Below, piece after piece: positions 25,637-34,419 of a stretch of DNA of 64,000 nucleotides (position 1 is its first letter; the number at the start of each line of letters is the position of its first letter). Source of the DNA: Elusimicrobiota bacterium (GTDB lineage: Bacteria; Elusimicrobiota; Elusimicrobia; UBA1565); assembly GCA_041660925.1 (NCBI GenBank), contig JBAZVI010000010.1, positions 41,519-105,518 on the forward strand. The letters are read 5' to 3'. Below the pieces are notes generated by a model. The model did no database searches. It saw only the letters and a list, made by a program, of their open reading frames with translations, and was not told where the DNA came from. The translations under genes were made by a program, and so were the position numbers.

Positions 25637-27868
25637 ATGGGAGCGGCGGAGACGGACGGACGGATCCTCCGGGGAGGGGCGGAGTGCGCGGCCCTCGCGG
25701 TCGCGCGCAAGCTCCTGACGCGCTCGCGCCGCGCTCCGCGCCGGCGCCGGCTCGAGCTCGCGCTGCTCGCGAGCGCCGACCTTGCGGGCCTGCCGCTCTC
25801 GTCGCTGCCGCGCTGGCGGGTCTGGGGCGCGCCGGGAGAGGGGCCGCGCGCGCAGCGCGCCCGGGAGGCTCAGGAGGCGCTCGACGGCCTGCGCCGCCTG
25901 CTCAGGGAGCTCTGCCGACTCTATAGGGTCCCGCTCGAGGAGGAGGGCCCGGAGAGGGCGGTGACGGCCCTTCGGCTGAGCTCGGGGCTTCGGATGAGTT
26001 CGCTGCGGGGGTGGACGGCTCCTCCGGGCCGCGCCCGCGCCGCGGCGCCGGAGCGCGCCGACCTCGAGTACCTGCTCTGGCTCGTCTTCGGGAAGCCCGC
26101 CTTCCGGCCCGGGCAGGCCGAGGCGGTCTCCCGCCTGCTGAGGGGAGAGGACGTCTTCGCGGTGCTGCCGGCCGGCGGAGGGAAGTCGCTGGTCTACCAG
26201 CTCGCGGGCCTGCTGCGGCCGGGCGCCGCGCTCGTCCTCGAGCCCACCCTCGCGCTCATAGAGGACCAGCTGAGGACGCTCGCCGGAGCCGGCATCGACT
26301 CCGCCGAGGCCCTCACCGGGGAGTCCAGCGGCTCGCCGGAGGGGGCGCGCGCGCTCGCGCGGCTGCTGCGCGGCGACTGCTCCTTCTTCTTCGTCTCCCC
26401 CGAGCGCCTGCAGACGCCGGGCTTCCGCCGCGTCCTCGCGCGCGTCGCGGCCGGCCCGGGCCTCGCGCTGGCGGCCGTCGACGAGGCGCACTGCGTCTCG
26501 GAGTGGGGGCACGACTTCCGCGTCCCCTACCTGCGCATCGCCGCCGCACTCGGCGAGCGCCCGCCGCTGGCCGCTCTCAGCGCGACCGCTCCCGCGCCCG
26601 TGCGCGCCGACGTCCTGCGCCGGCTGGCGATGGCTCCGGGGAGCGTCGTCGAAGCGGCCGGTCCCGGCGCCGCCCTCCCGCGCGTGCGCATCCTGCGCTG
26701 CCGCGAGGACGAGAAGCCCGCGCGGCTGCGCGCCATCCTGGGCGGGGGCGGAGGGGGGATCGTCTTCTGCCCCCACGCGCTCGGAGCGCACGGCGCCGCC
26801 GGCGTCGCGGGCGCCCTGCGCGCGGAGGGCTTCGCGCCGCTCCTCTACCACGGGCGTCCGCCGGCCGGCGTCGAGGTTCCGGCCTGGCGCGCGGAGCTGC
26901 GCGCGGCGTCCGCCGCCTTCGGCTCGGGCGAGGAGGCGCTGCTCGTCGCGACGAAGGCGTTCGGCCTGGGAGTGGACCGGCCGGGCGTGCGGCGCACCGT
27001 GCACTACGGGCTGCCCTCCTCGCCCGAGGCCTTCCGGCAGGAGGCCGCGCGGGCCGGGCGCGACGGGCGCGTCCCCGAGGCCTGGGTGCTCTTCCGCGTG
27101 GACGGGGAGCGGCGCGCGCGGCGCTGGCTCGACCCGGCGTTCCCGCATGCGCGTTTGCGGGCGGAGGTGGAGGCGGCCGATCCCGCGCGGGACGACGACG
27201 TCCTGCGCCTGCTGCGCCTGCATCTGGGCGGGTTCCGGGGAGCGGACCGCGAGCTCGACGACGTGCGCGAGCTCCTCGAGCGGCTCGGGGAGCCCTTCCG
27301 CGCGGGGCCGCGGCGGCTGCGTCTGCCGGGGCAGCACCGGCCGCTCGTCGAGCGCGCTCTTCAGCGGCTGCTCGAGGGCGGGGCGGCCGTCGACTGGCTC
27401 GTCGACTACCGGCGCGAGGAGTACCGCGTCGTCCTCGGCGGGGCGGCCCCGGCGGAGCTCGAGGCCGCGCTCGCGCGCGAGGCGCAGCTGCTGGGGACGA
27501 CGCCTCCCCCCGCGGGGGGCTGGCCCGCGGAGCCGCGGGCGCGGGCGCAGGAGGCGGCGCGGCGCGCGGCGGGGCTGGTCTACGCGGTCGTGGAGCCGGC
27601 GCGGCGGGCGGCGCTGGGGGCGGCGGTGCGGGCCTGTCTGGAGGAGGACGCGGGGGCCCTGCTGGGGGCTCAGATCCCGGCGGCGGCGCGGGAGAAGAAG
27701 TCGGTCGGGTCCGAGGAGGAGCCGAGGTCCGGCGGCTCGGCCGGCGGCTTCACCTTCCAGCCGAGGTCGTGGAGCATCTGGAAGAAGGCGTTGAAGAACG
27801 CGGCGATGAGGGGCTGGAGCATGAAGCCGACGTTCTCGAAGTTGTTGTTCTCCGCGTTCGAGGTGTAG
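25637..27868 (+). CDS. RecQ-family DEAH-box DNA helicase-like protein
   Basis: Contains FRPGQAEAV, LPAGGGKSLVYQL, DEAHCVSEWGHDFR, LSATA and FRQEAARAGRDG. The 3' tail runs about 199 nt into the convergent PLD gene. Confidence 0.8.
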   Translation: MGAAETDGRILRGGAECAALAVARKLLTRSRRAPRRRRLELALLASADLAGLPLSSLPRWRVWGAPGEGPRAQRAREAQEALDGLRRLLRELCRLYRVPLEEEGPERAVTALRLSSGLRMSSLRGWTAPPGRARAAAPERADLEYLLWLVFGKPAFRPGQAEAVSRLLRGEDVFAVLPAGGGKSLVYQLAGLLRPGAALVLEPTLALIEDQLRTLAGAGIDSAEALTGESSGSPEGARALARLLRGDCSFFFVSPERLQTPGFRRVLARVAAGPGLALAAVDEAHCVSEWGHDFRVPYLRIAAALGERPPLAALSATAPAPVRADVLRRLAMAPGSVVEAAGPGAALPRVRILRCREDEKPARLRAILGGGGGGIVFCPHALGAHGAAGVAGALRAEGFAPLLYHGRPPAGVEVPAWRAELRAASAAFGSGEEALLVATKAFGLGVDRPGVRRTVHYGLPSSPEAFRQEAARAGRDGRVPEAWVLFRVDGERRARRWLDPAFPHARLRAEVEAADPARDDDVLRLLRLHLGGFRGADRELDDVRELLERLGEPFRAGPRRLRLPGQHRPLVERALQRLLEGGAAVDWLVDYRREEYRVVLGGAAPAELEAALAREAQLLGTTPPPAGGWPAEPRARAQEAARRAAGLVYAVVEPARRAALGAAVRACLEEDAGALLGAQIPAAAREKKSVGSEEEPRSGGSAGGFTFQPRSWSIWKKALKNAAMRGWSMKPTFSKLLFSAFEV

Positions 27869-30756
27869 TTGTAGGAGCCCGAGGCCACCAGCCGTCCGTC
27901 GACGATGACGAACTTGTTGTGGTTCTTCTCGAACATCCAGGGCCCGTGCGGGTCGGGGCCGGCGAGGAGCTTGACGTCGAAGCCGTAGTAGGCGAACCAC
28001 TCGTCGAGCTTCATCATCTTCGCCTGCGAGGCGTCGAGCACGACGCGGACCGCCACGCCCCGCTCCTTGGCCTGCAGCAGGGCCTCGGCGATGGACTTCG
28101 AGTAGAAGGTGAACATCGAGAGGTCGATCGTCGACTTCGCCGCGCCGATCGCGCGGATGATCGCGCCCTCGATGCCGCCGTCCGGGGAGGCCATCGTGCG
28201 CGGGAAGCGCTCGCCGTTGAACTCGACGGCGAGGTCGGGGTCGGCGGGGACGGGGGTCGCGGGGTCCTGTCCCGTCCACTGCTCGGCCTGGTCGACCGGC
28301 AGCGAGAGCCCCTTCATCCACTCCCAGTAGGCCTCGAGGAAGCGCACGCGCTCGACCTCGTCGGTGAAGAGGATGTTCTCGAAGTGGTTGTACTCGGCGG
28401 TGTCGGTCCAATTGAAGGAGCCGAAGAGCGTGAGGGCGTGGTCGAAGACGGCGATCTTGTTGTGCATGATGCCGTACTTGCCGGCGCCGCGGAGCGCGTG
28501 GACCGTGAAGCCCTCGTCGATGAGGGCCTGGATCTGCGCCTTGCGCTGGGGCCTGTCCCCGTCGGGGTCCTTCCCCTGCGGGAAGAGGTGCGACCAGTCG
28601 AGGATGATCTCGATGTCCACGCCGCGCGCCTTGGCGCGCCGCAGGGCCGCGAGGATCTCGTCGAGCGTGAACTCGTAGAGGGCGATGCGCAGATGGTGCT
28701 TCGTGGCGTCGATGGCCTTGGCGATGAGCGGGGCGATGGGCGACTGGGGGCGCACCGCGGCGGCGGGCAGCTCGACCCCGTTGAAGACGACCTTGCCCGG
28801 GTCCGGCAGCCGCGGGATCGCGGGCGCGGGGGGCAGCGGCGCGTGCTCGATCTGGAGCTCGGCGAGCAGCTCGGCGTCGGTCGGCAGGACGGGCTCCGCG
28901 GAGGGCGCCGCGAGCTTCGTCGCCCGGCGCATCCGGTAGAGGTCCGCGAAATAGGCGGCGAAGAGCTCGACGTCCTCCTTCTCGGTCAGGAAGTGGCCGT
29001 TCTCGAAGCTCATGCTGAAGCCGTTCTTCGTCCAGTTCATCGAGCCCGACTGCAGGAGGCTCCCGTCGATCACCATGAACTGGTTGTTGTTGCGGCCCGG
29101 GTTCTTGGGGTCGGTCGTGGGGCCGGCGATGACCTTCACCGCCGCGCCGTGGTAGGCGAGCCACTGGGCGTAGGGCTTCATGTACTCGCGCTCGGCCTGG
29201 CCCTTGTCCAGGAGGAGGCGGACCTTCACCTGGCGGTCGAGCGCGCGCTTGAGCGCCTCGGCGACCCGGGTCGAGCGGAGGGTGAACATGGCGACGTCGA
29301 TGCTCTCCTGGGCGGCGTCGATGGCCTTCACGGTCCAGTCCTCGGCCTCGCCGCCGGGGGAGAAGAAGTACGCGGGCAGCGAGGTCCCGTTGAACTTCAC
29401 CGGGAGGGAGGCGTCTTTGGGCGGCGCCGGGGCCGTCTTCGGCCACTTCCAGTCGTGCGCCTTCTCATAAGGGAGGGACTGGGAGATCATGTAGTCCCAG
29501 AAGCGGCGCAGGCCTTCGACGCGGTGGGGGTCGTCGGAGAACTGGGTGGCGTCGAACTCGTTGCCCTCGGAGTCGGGGATCCAGCGGCCGGAGCCGAAGA
29601 CCGCGAGCTTGTCGTCGACGACCGCGAACTTGCTGTGCTGGAGGCCGTAGACCCAGAGGCCCGAGACCACCGAGATGTCGAAGTCCTCGTTGGCCAGGAG
29701 CTGGAGCTGGGTGTCGCGGCGCGAGGCCCACTCGGGGTGGCCGGGCCTGGTCGGGAACATGTTGTCGACGGCGACGATGATGCGGACCTTCACTCCGCGG
29801 GCCTTGGCCCGGCGCAGGGCGCGGAAGACGCCGTGCATGCGGAACTCGGCGAAGGCGATGACGACCTCGGTCTGCGCGGCGTCGATGGCCTCGACGATCT
29901 TGGACTCGAGCTTTCCCGAAGGGCGCAGCGCGACGGCCGGGAAGTCGTGCCCGTTGTAGGTGACCGTGCGCGCCTCGTAGACCGGGGCGACGGCCTCGGG
30001 GTCGAGGCTCTGCTCGACGACGCCGCGGCGGTTCGCGCCGCTGTAGGCGCGCAGCCCGGGGGCGCGGCGCTCCGAGAGCGTCCCGAAGGAGCTTCGGGAA
30101 CCCCCGCGCGAGTCCGAGACGGCGACCGTTCCCTCCAGGGTGCCGGCCTCGCTGAAGACCTTGCGCTCGAAGTAGCGCTCGGCGCCGGCGCGCTGGGCGG
30201 TGAGGGAGTCGTCGGAGGAGGGGAGGGCGAGCTGGGCGCCCAGGCGGCCGAGCGCGGGCAGGAAGCGCCGCGCGGAGAGGACTCCCGAGAGCGCGGCGGA
30301 GATCTGCGTCATCCGGCGGCTCACGGAGCTCCGGCGGACCGGGGAGACGCGCAGCTGGTCGGGATGGACGGGGGAGGCCTCGGGGTTCGGGGCCGCGGTC
30401 GGGGACTGAGAGTCCCCGACCCCCTCACCCCCCGCTACCCCCTCTCCCATGGGATGGGCGAGGGGGCCGGAGGGGATGGACGCGGCCGAGGCGGCGGGCT
30501 GGGCGGCGGTGTTCAGGGCGGGGGCGGCCGGCAGCTCGATAGAGGGGGAGACGGCGAGGTTCGGAGCGGGGAGAGCGAGGGGGGTTCCGGCGCCGGAGAT
30601 GTTCAGGGGGACGCTCAGCGCGGTCCCGGCGGCGACGGGAACGACCCCCGCGACGGAGCTCGGGGCCGTCGGGGCGATGGAGCGCGCGAGCTGGGCCGGA
30701 GCGGCGGACTCCAGCAGCAGGACGAGCGCGAGGGAGAGCGACAGAATGCGCCTCAT
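27670..30756 (-). CDS. secreted phospholipase D-superfamily protein with four HKD-type modules
   Basis: Start chosen at the MRRILSLSLALVLLLESAAPA signal peptide. HKD motifs are LQHSKFAVVDD, degenerate NNNQFMVIDG, MHNKIAVFD and NHNKFVIVDG, each followed by GS.N.T. Confidence 0.8.
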   Translation of the reverse strand: MRRILSLSLALVLLLESAAPAQLARSIAPTAPSSVAGVVPVAAGTALSVPLNISGAGTPLALPAPNLAVSPSIELPAAPALNTAAQPAASAASIPSGPLAHPMGEGVAGGEGVGDSQSPTAAPNPEASPVHPDQLRVSPVRRSSVSRRMTQISAALSGVLSARRFLPALGRLGAQLALPSSDDSLTAQRAGAERYFERKVFSEAGTLEGTVAVSDSRGGSRSSFGTLSERRAPGLRAYSGANRRGVVEQSLDPEAVAPVYEARTVTYNGHDFPAVALRPSGKLESKIVEAIDAAQTEVVIAFAEFRMHGVFRALRRAKARGVKVRIIVAVDNMFPTRPGHPEWASRRDTQLQLLANEDFDISVVSGLWVYGLQHSKFAVVDDKLAVFGSGRWIPDSEGNEFDATQFSDDPHRVEGLRRFWDYMISQSLPYEKAHDWKWPKTAPAPPKDASLPVKFNGTSLPAYFFSPGGEAEDWTVKAIDAAQESIDVAMFTLRSTRVAEALKRALDRQVKVRLLLDKGQAEREYMKPYAQWLAYHGAAVKVIAGPTTDPKNPGRNNNQFMVIDGSLLQSGSMNWTKNGFSMSFENGHFLTEKEDVELFAAYFADLYRMRRATKLAAPSAEPVLPTDAELLAELQIEHAPLPPAPAIPRLPDPGKVVFNGVELPAAAVRPQSPIAPLIAKAIDATKHHLRIALYEFTLDEILAALRRAKARGVDIEIILDWSHLFPQGKDPDGDRPQRKAQIQALIDEGFTVHALRGAGKYGIMHNKIAVFDHALTLFGSFNWTDTAEYNHFENILFTDEVERVRFLEAYWEWMKGLSLPVDQAEQWTGQDPATPVPADPDLAVEFNGERFPRTMASPDGGIEGAIIRAIGAAKSTIDLSMFTFYSKSIAEALLQAKERGVAVRVVLDASQAKMMKLDEWFAYYGFDVKLLAGPDPHGPWMFEKNHNKFVIVDGRLVASGSYNYTSNAENNNFENVGFMLQPLIAAFFNAFFQMLHDLGWKVKPPAEPPDLGSSSDPTDFFSRAAAGI

Positions 30757-30922
30757 CCTTATTAGGGTAGCCCACGATGGGGGAGGCCCACAGGTGCCGA
30801 GGGCCCATTCAAGGGTAGGCAGACGGCCCAAGCCGGCCTGGGCCTTTCAGATGGCTATCCTCATACGCATCAAATGCTTTAAAACAGGGTGGTTTTTTGA
30901 CATGATGGATATCTAGGAGGCC

Positions 30923-32308
30923 GTGATGAACTGGGAGTGGAAGACGATCATCGAGCCGTTCAAGATCAAGTGCGTGGAGCCCCTCGGCTTCACGACCCGC
31001 GCCGAGCGCGACGGCATCCTCCGCGAGGCGGGCTACAACCTCTTCAACGTCCCGGCCGACAAAGTCCTCATCGACCTCCTGACCGATTCCGGCACCTCCG
31101 CCATGTCCGCCGAGCAGTGGGCGGGCATCATGCGCGGCGACGAGTCCTACGCGGGCGCCCGCAGCTTCTTCGTCTTCGAGCGCGCCGTGCGCGAGCTGAC
31201 CGGCCTGCGCGAGGTCATCCCCGTCCACCAGGGCCGCGCGGCCGAGCGCATCCTCTTCTCCATCCTCGGCGGCAAGGGCAAGACGGTCATCGCGAACTCC
31301 CACTTCGACACGACCCGCGCCAACGTCGAGGTCTCGGGCGCCGAGGCCCTCGACCTCCCCGCCCCCGGGGCCCTGCGCTTCGACCAGCCGGGCGCCTTCA
31401 AGGGCGACATGGACGTCCACGCGCTCGAGACGAAGATCCGGGAGATCGGCGTCGCGAAGATCCCGATGGTCATCATGACGGTGACCAACAACTCGCTGGG
31501 CGGCCAGCCGGTCTCCATGCGCAACCTGCGCGAGGTCTCCGAGATCTGCCGGCGCCACCGCATCCCGGTCTTCCTCGACTGCGCCCGCTTCGCCGAGAAC
31601 GCCTGGTTCATCAAGAAGCGCGAGCCCGGCTACTCCACCCGCTCGGCGCGCGAGATCGCGCGCGAGATGTTCTCCTACGTCGACGGCTGCATGATGAGCG
31701 CCAAGAAGGACGCGCTCGTCAACATGGGCGGCTTCCTCGCGCTCAACGACCCCGACCTCGCGCGCCGCTGCCGCGAGGTGCTCATCATCGGCGAGGGCTT
31801 CCTCACCTACGGCGGGCTCTCCGGCCGCGACCTCGAGGCCATGGCCATCGGCCTCCATGAGGTGCTCGACGAGGAATACCTCCAGTACCGCATCCGCTCG
31901 ACCGAGTACCTCGGCGACGGCCTGCGCAAGGCCGGCATCCCCATCGTCGAGCCCCCCGGCGGCCACGGCGTCTACATCGACGCCAAACGCCTGCTGCCCC
32001 ACATCCCGCCCTCCCAGTTCCCGGCGCAGACGCTGACCTGCGAGCTCTACCTCGCCGGCGGCATCCGCGGCGTCGAGATCGGCTCGCTGATGTTCGGGCA
32101 CGAGAAGGACGGGGTCTTCCAGGGCGCCCCGATGGAGCTCGTGCGCCTCGCCATCCCGCGGCGCGTGTACACCCAGAGCCACATCGACTACGTCATCGAG
32201 GTGGGCGCCGACATCGCGAAGCGCGCCAAGAGCCTCAAGGGGCTGCGCCTCGTCGACGCGCCCGAGCACCTGCGCCACTTCATGGCGCGCCTGGCGGTGG
32301 CGGCCTGA
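30923..32308 (+). CDS. beta-eliminating lyase: tryptophanase / tyrosine phenol-lyase family (PLP)
   Basis: Collinear by eye with TPL/TnaA: EPFKIKCVEP, DLLTDSGTSAMS..QWAG, YAGARSF, HQGRAAE, GGQPVSM, SAKKDALVNMGGF, GGLSGRDLEAMAIGL. AGGAGG Shine-Dalgarno site. TPL versus TnaA cannot be resolved by eye. Confidence 0.9.
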   Translation: MMNWEWKTIIEPFKIKCVEPLGFTTRAERDGILREAGYNLFNVPADKVLIDLLTDSGTSAMSAEQWAGIMRGDESYAGARSFFVFERAVRELTGLREVIPVHQGRAAERILFSILGGKGKTVIANSHFDTTRANVEVSGAEALDLPAPGALRFDQPGAFKGDMDVHALETKIREIGVAKIPMVIMTVTNNSLGGQPVSMRNLREVSEICRRHRIPVFLDCARFAENAWFIKKREPGYSTRSAREIAREMFSYVDGCMMSAKKDALVNMGGFLALNDPDLARRCREVLIIGEGFLTYGGLSGRDLEAMAIGLHEVLDEEYLQYRIRSTEYLGDGLRKAGIPIVEPPGGHGVYIDAKRLLPHIPPSQFPAQTLTCELYLAGGIRGVEIGSLMFGHEKDGVFQGAPMELVRLAIPRRVYTQSHIDYVIEVGADIAKRAKSLKGLRLVDAPEHLRHFMARLAVAA

Positions 32309-32312
32309 AACG

Positions 32313-34367
32313 ATGAAGCCGCGCGTCCTCCTCCTCAGCCCCGACAAGGCCCTCGCCGAGGCCTGCGCCAAGACCTGCGAGGTCCGCGGCGCGCTCTTCG
32401 AGGCCGCCGCCGACGCGGCGACCGCTCGGCGGCTGTGGCAGAAGGAGGATTCGAAGCTCGTGGGCGTGCTCGCGGACGCGGCGGGCATGCGTCTGGAGGA
32501 CCGCCGCGCGCTCATCGGGCTGCACATGGAGCCGGGCGCGCCCCCGCTCGCGCTGCTCGAGCCGCCCGTCGTCCCCGACCCCATGGCGCCGACGGAATCG
32601 GTGCAGACGCTGCGCTGGCCCATCGAGCAGTCCACGCTCGACGCCCTGCGCGGGCTCGACGCCGTCCCGACGCTCTTCCTCACCGACCCGACGCTCCATG
32701 TGACGGGGATGCTCCAGGCCCGCCTCCAGTCGGTCGGCCTGCAGACCCTCATCATGGAGACCGTCATCGGCGTCGGCGAGGTCCTCAAGCAGTCGGCCGC
32801 GGCGATGCCGGAGAAGCCGACCGAGAAGGGCGGAGGGGTCTTCGCGCGGCTCATGGGGAACAGGCCCGCGGAGGGCGCCGCCTCCAGCGGCTTCGCGAAC
32901 TTCGTCGTCGCTCCGTGGAAGGGAGACGTCTTCGAGGCCGAGGTCGTCGAGTACCGCCTGCGCGCCGAGATCCCCGCGGTGAGGGTCTTCCTCGTCACGG
33001 CGATGGGGCCGGTGCACGCGGCCGAGCGCAACCTGCGCCACAACCGCCCGGCCTTCGTGCCGCGCGGGGACTTCGGCCCGGCGATCGACCTCCTTCTCGG
33101 GCGGCCCACCGACGATCCGCGCTCCCAGGGACGCGTGCTCTACTGCGACAACTTCAAGCCTTCGCTCATCCAGGTCTCCGCCGGGCTCATGGCCGACGGC
33201 TACGAGGTCTCGGCGATGATGAAGGCCGAGGAGGCGCTCGAGGCCGCGCAGACCGACCGCTACCACATCGCGGTCGTCGGCGCCGCCCTCGCCTACGCCC
33301 AGCACACCGGCATCGAACTCGCCCAGAAGATGCGCGAGCACGACCCGGACCTGCGCATGATCCTCATGGTGGACCGCTATCCGCTCAACACGGCCCTGCA
33401 GGGGGTCAGCCAGGTCGTCGAGGTCGGCCTCGACGACTGCCTCCTCAAGCCCGTCGAGCCCTCGCGGCTCAAGTTCTCGATCTCCCGCGCGCTCGAGCGC
33501 CGGCGCCTGCTCCTCGAGAACGCGCGCCTGCTCGACGAGCTGAAGCTCACCAACGCCCAGCTCGAGCAGCTCAACAGCTTCCAGAACAAGTTCTTCGCCA
33601 CGGTGGCCCACGACGTCAAGAACCCGCTGACCGCCATCCGCGGCTACGCCGAGCTCCTCTCCTGGAAGATCAAGGAGGCGGAGCTGCTCAAGTGCGTGAA
33701 CCACATCATGTCCTCCTCGAAGACGCTCGAGGCCCTCATCAGCGACCTCGTCGACTTCGCCGCCATCGAGTCCGGCAAGCTGCGCGTGAACGTACAGGAG
33801 ATGGACCTCGCGGCGGTGGTCGCCGAGGTCCGCTCGCGCGTGCAGGTCGTCGCCGACAAGCGCCAGATCGAGTTCCAGGTCAGCGTCCCCGACGACCTCC
33901 CCAAGTTCAACGGCGACCCGCTGCGCGTCGGCCAGGTCATCCAGAACCTCTGCACGAACGCCATCCAGTACACCCCGGAGAAGGGGAAGGTCTACCTTCA
34001 CGTGCAGCGCTCGGCCGCGGTCGTCACGGTGAGCGTCCGCGACACCGGCATCGGCATCTCGAAAGAGGACCTGCCCAAGATCTTCAACCGCTTCTTCCAG
34101 GCCCAGAACGCCCAGCAGATGCGCCGGGCCGGCTTCGGCCTGGGACTCAAGATCGCGCAGGAGATCGTCAAGGCGCACGGCGGCGGCATGGGCGTGGATT
34201 CCGAGCTCGGCAAGGGCTCGGTCTTCTACTTCACCCTCCCCGTCCCGACCGCGCCGGCGGGGACCGCCGCGACCCCGCCGCCCATGCCGGGCGCCGCGCC
34301 GGGGCTCCCGACGTTCGGCGGCCCGTACACGCCTCCGCCGCAGAAGCCGCCGCCGACGAAGCTCTGA
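32313..34367 (+). CDS. sensor histidine kinase with N-terminal receiver-like domains and Pro-rich tail
   Basis: H-box FFATVAHDVKNPLTAIRGY. HATPase motifs NLCTNAIQYTP, DTGIGI and GFGLGLKIA. Confidence 0.85.
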   Translation: MKPRVLLLSPDKALAEACAKTCEVRGALFEAAADAATARRLWQKEDSKLVGVLADAAGMRLEDRRALIGLHMEPGAPPLALLEPPVVPDPMAPTESVQTLRWPIEQSTLDALRGLDAVPTLFLTDPTLHVTGMLQARLQSVGLQTLIMETVIGVGEVLKQSAAAMPEKPTEKGGGVFARLMGNRPAEGAASSGFANFVVAPWKGDVFEAEVVEYRLRAEIPAVRVFLVTAMGPVHAAERNLRHNRPAFVPRGDFGPAIDLLLGRPTDDPRSQGRVLYCDNFKPSLIQVSAGLMADGYEVSAMMKAEEALEAAQTDRYHIAVVGAALAYAQHTGIELAQKMREHDPDLRMILMVDRYPLNTALQGVSQVVEVGLDDCLLKPVEPSRLKFSISRALERRRLLLENARLLDELKLTNAQLEQLNSFQNKFFATVAHDVKNPLTAIRGYAELLSWKIKEAELLKCVNHIMSSSKTLEALISDLVDFAAIESGKLRVNVQEMDLAAVVAEVRSRVQVVADKRQIEFQVSVPDDLPKFNGDPLRVGQVIQNLCTNAIQYTPEKGKVYLHVQRSAAVVTVSVRDTGIGISKEDLPKIFNRFFQAQNAQQMRRAGFGLGLKIAQEIVKAHGGGMGVDSELGKGSVFYFTLPVPTAPAGTAATPPPMPGAAPGLPTFGGPYTPPPQKPPPTKL

Positions 34368-34419
34368 CCGGGTCGGGGAGCCTCGGCGGACGAGGGGAGG
34401 CTGGGATTTCCGAACCTGC

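Noticed and set aside
25610-30765. Two giant overlapping ORFs (25610..29446 minus, 1278 aa; 26011..30765 plus, 1584 aa) that would be the largest genes in this region.
   Set aside because: Both are shadow frames of the RecQ-like (plus) and PLD (minus) genes. Their sequences are repetitive RRGA/GRRR-type strings without domains.
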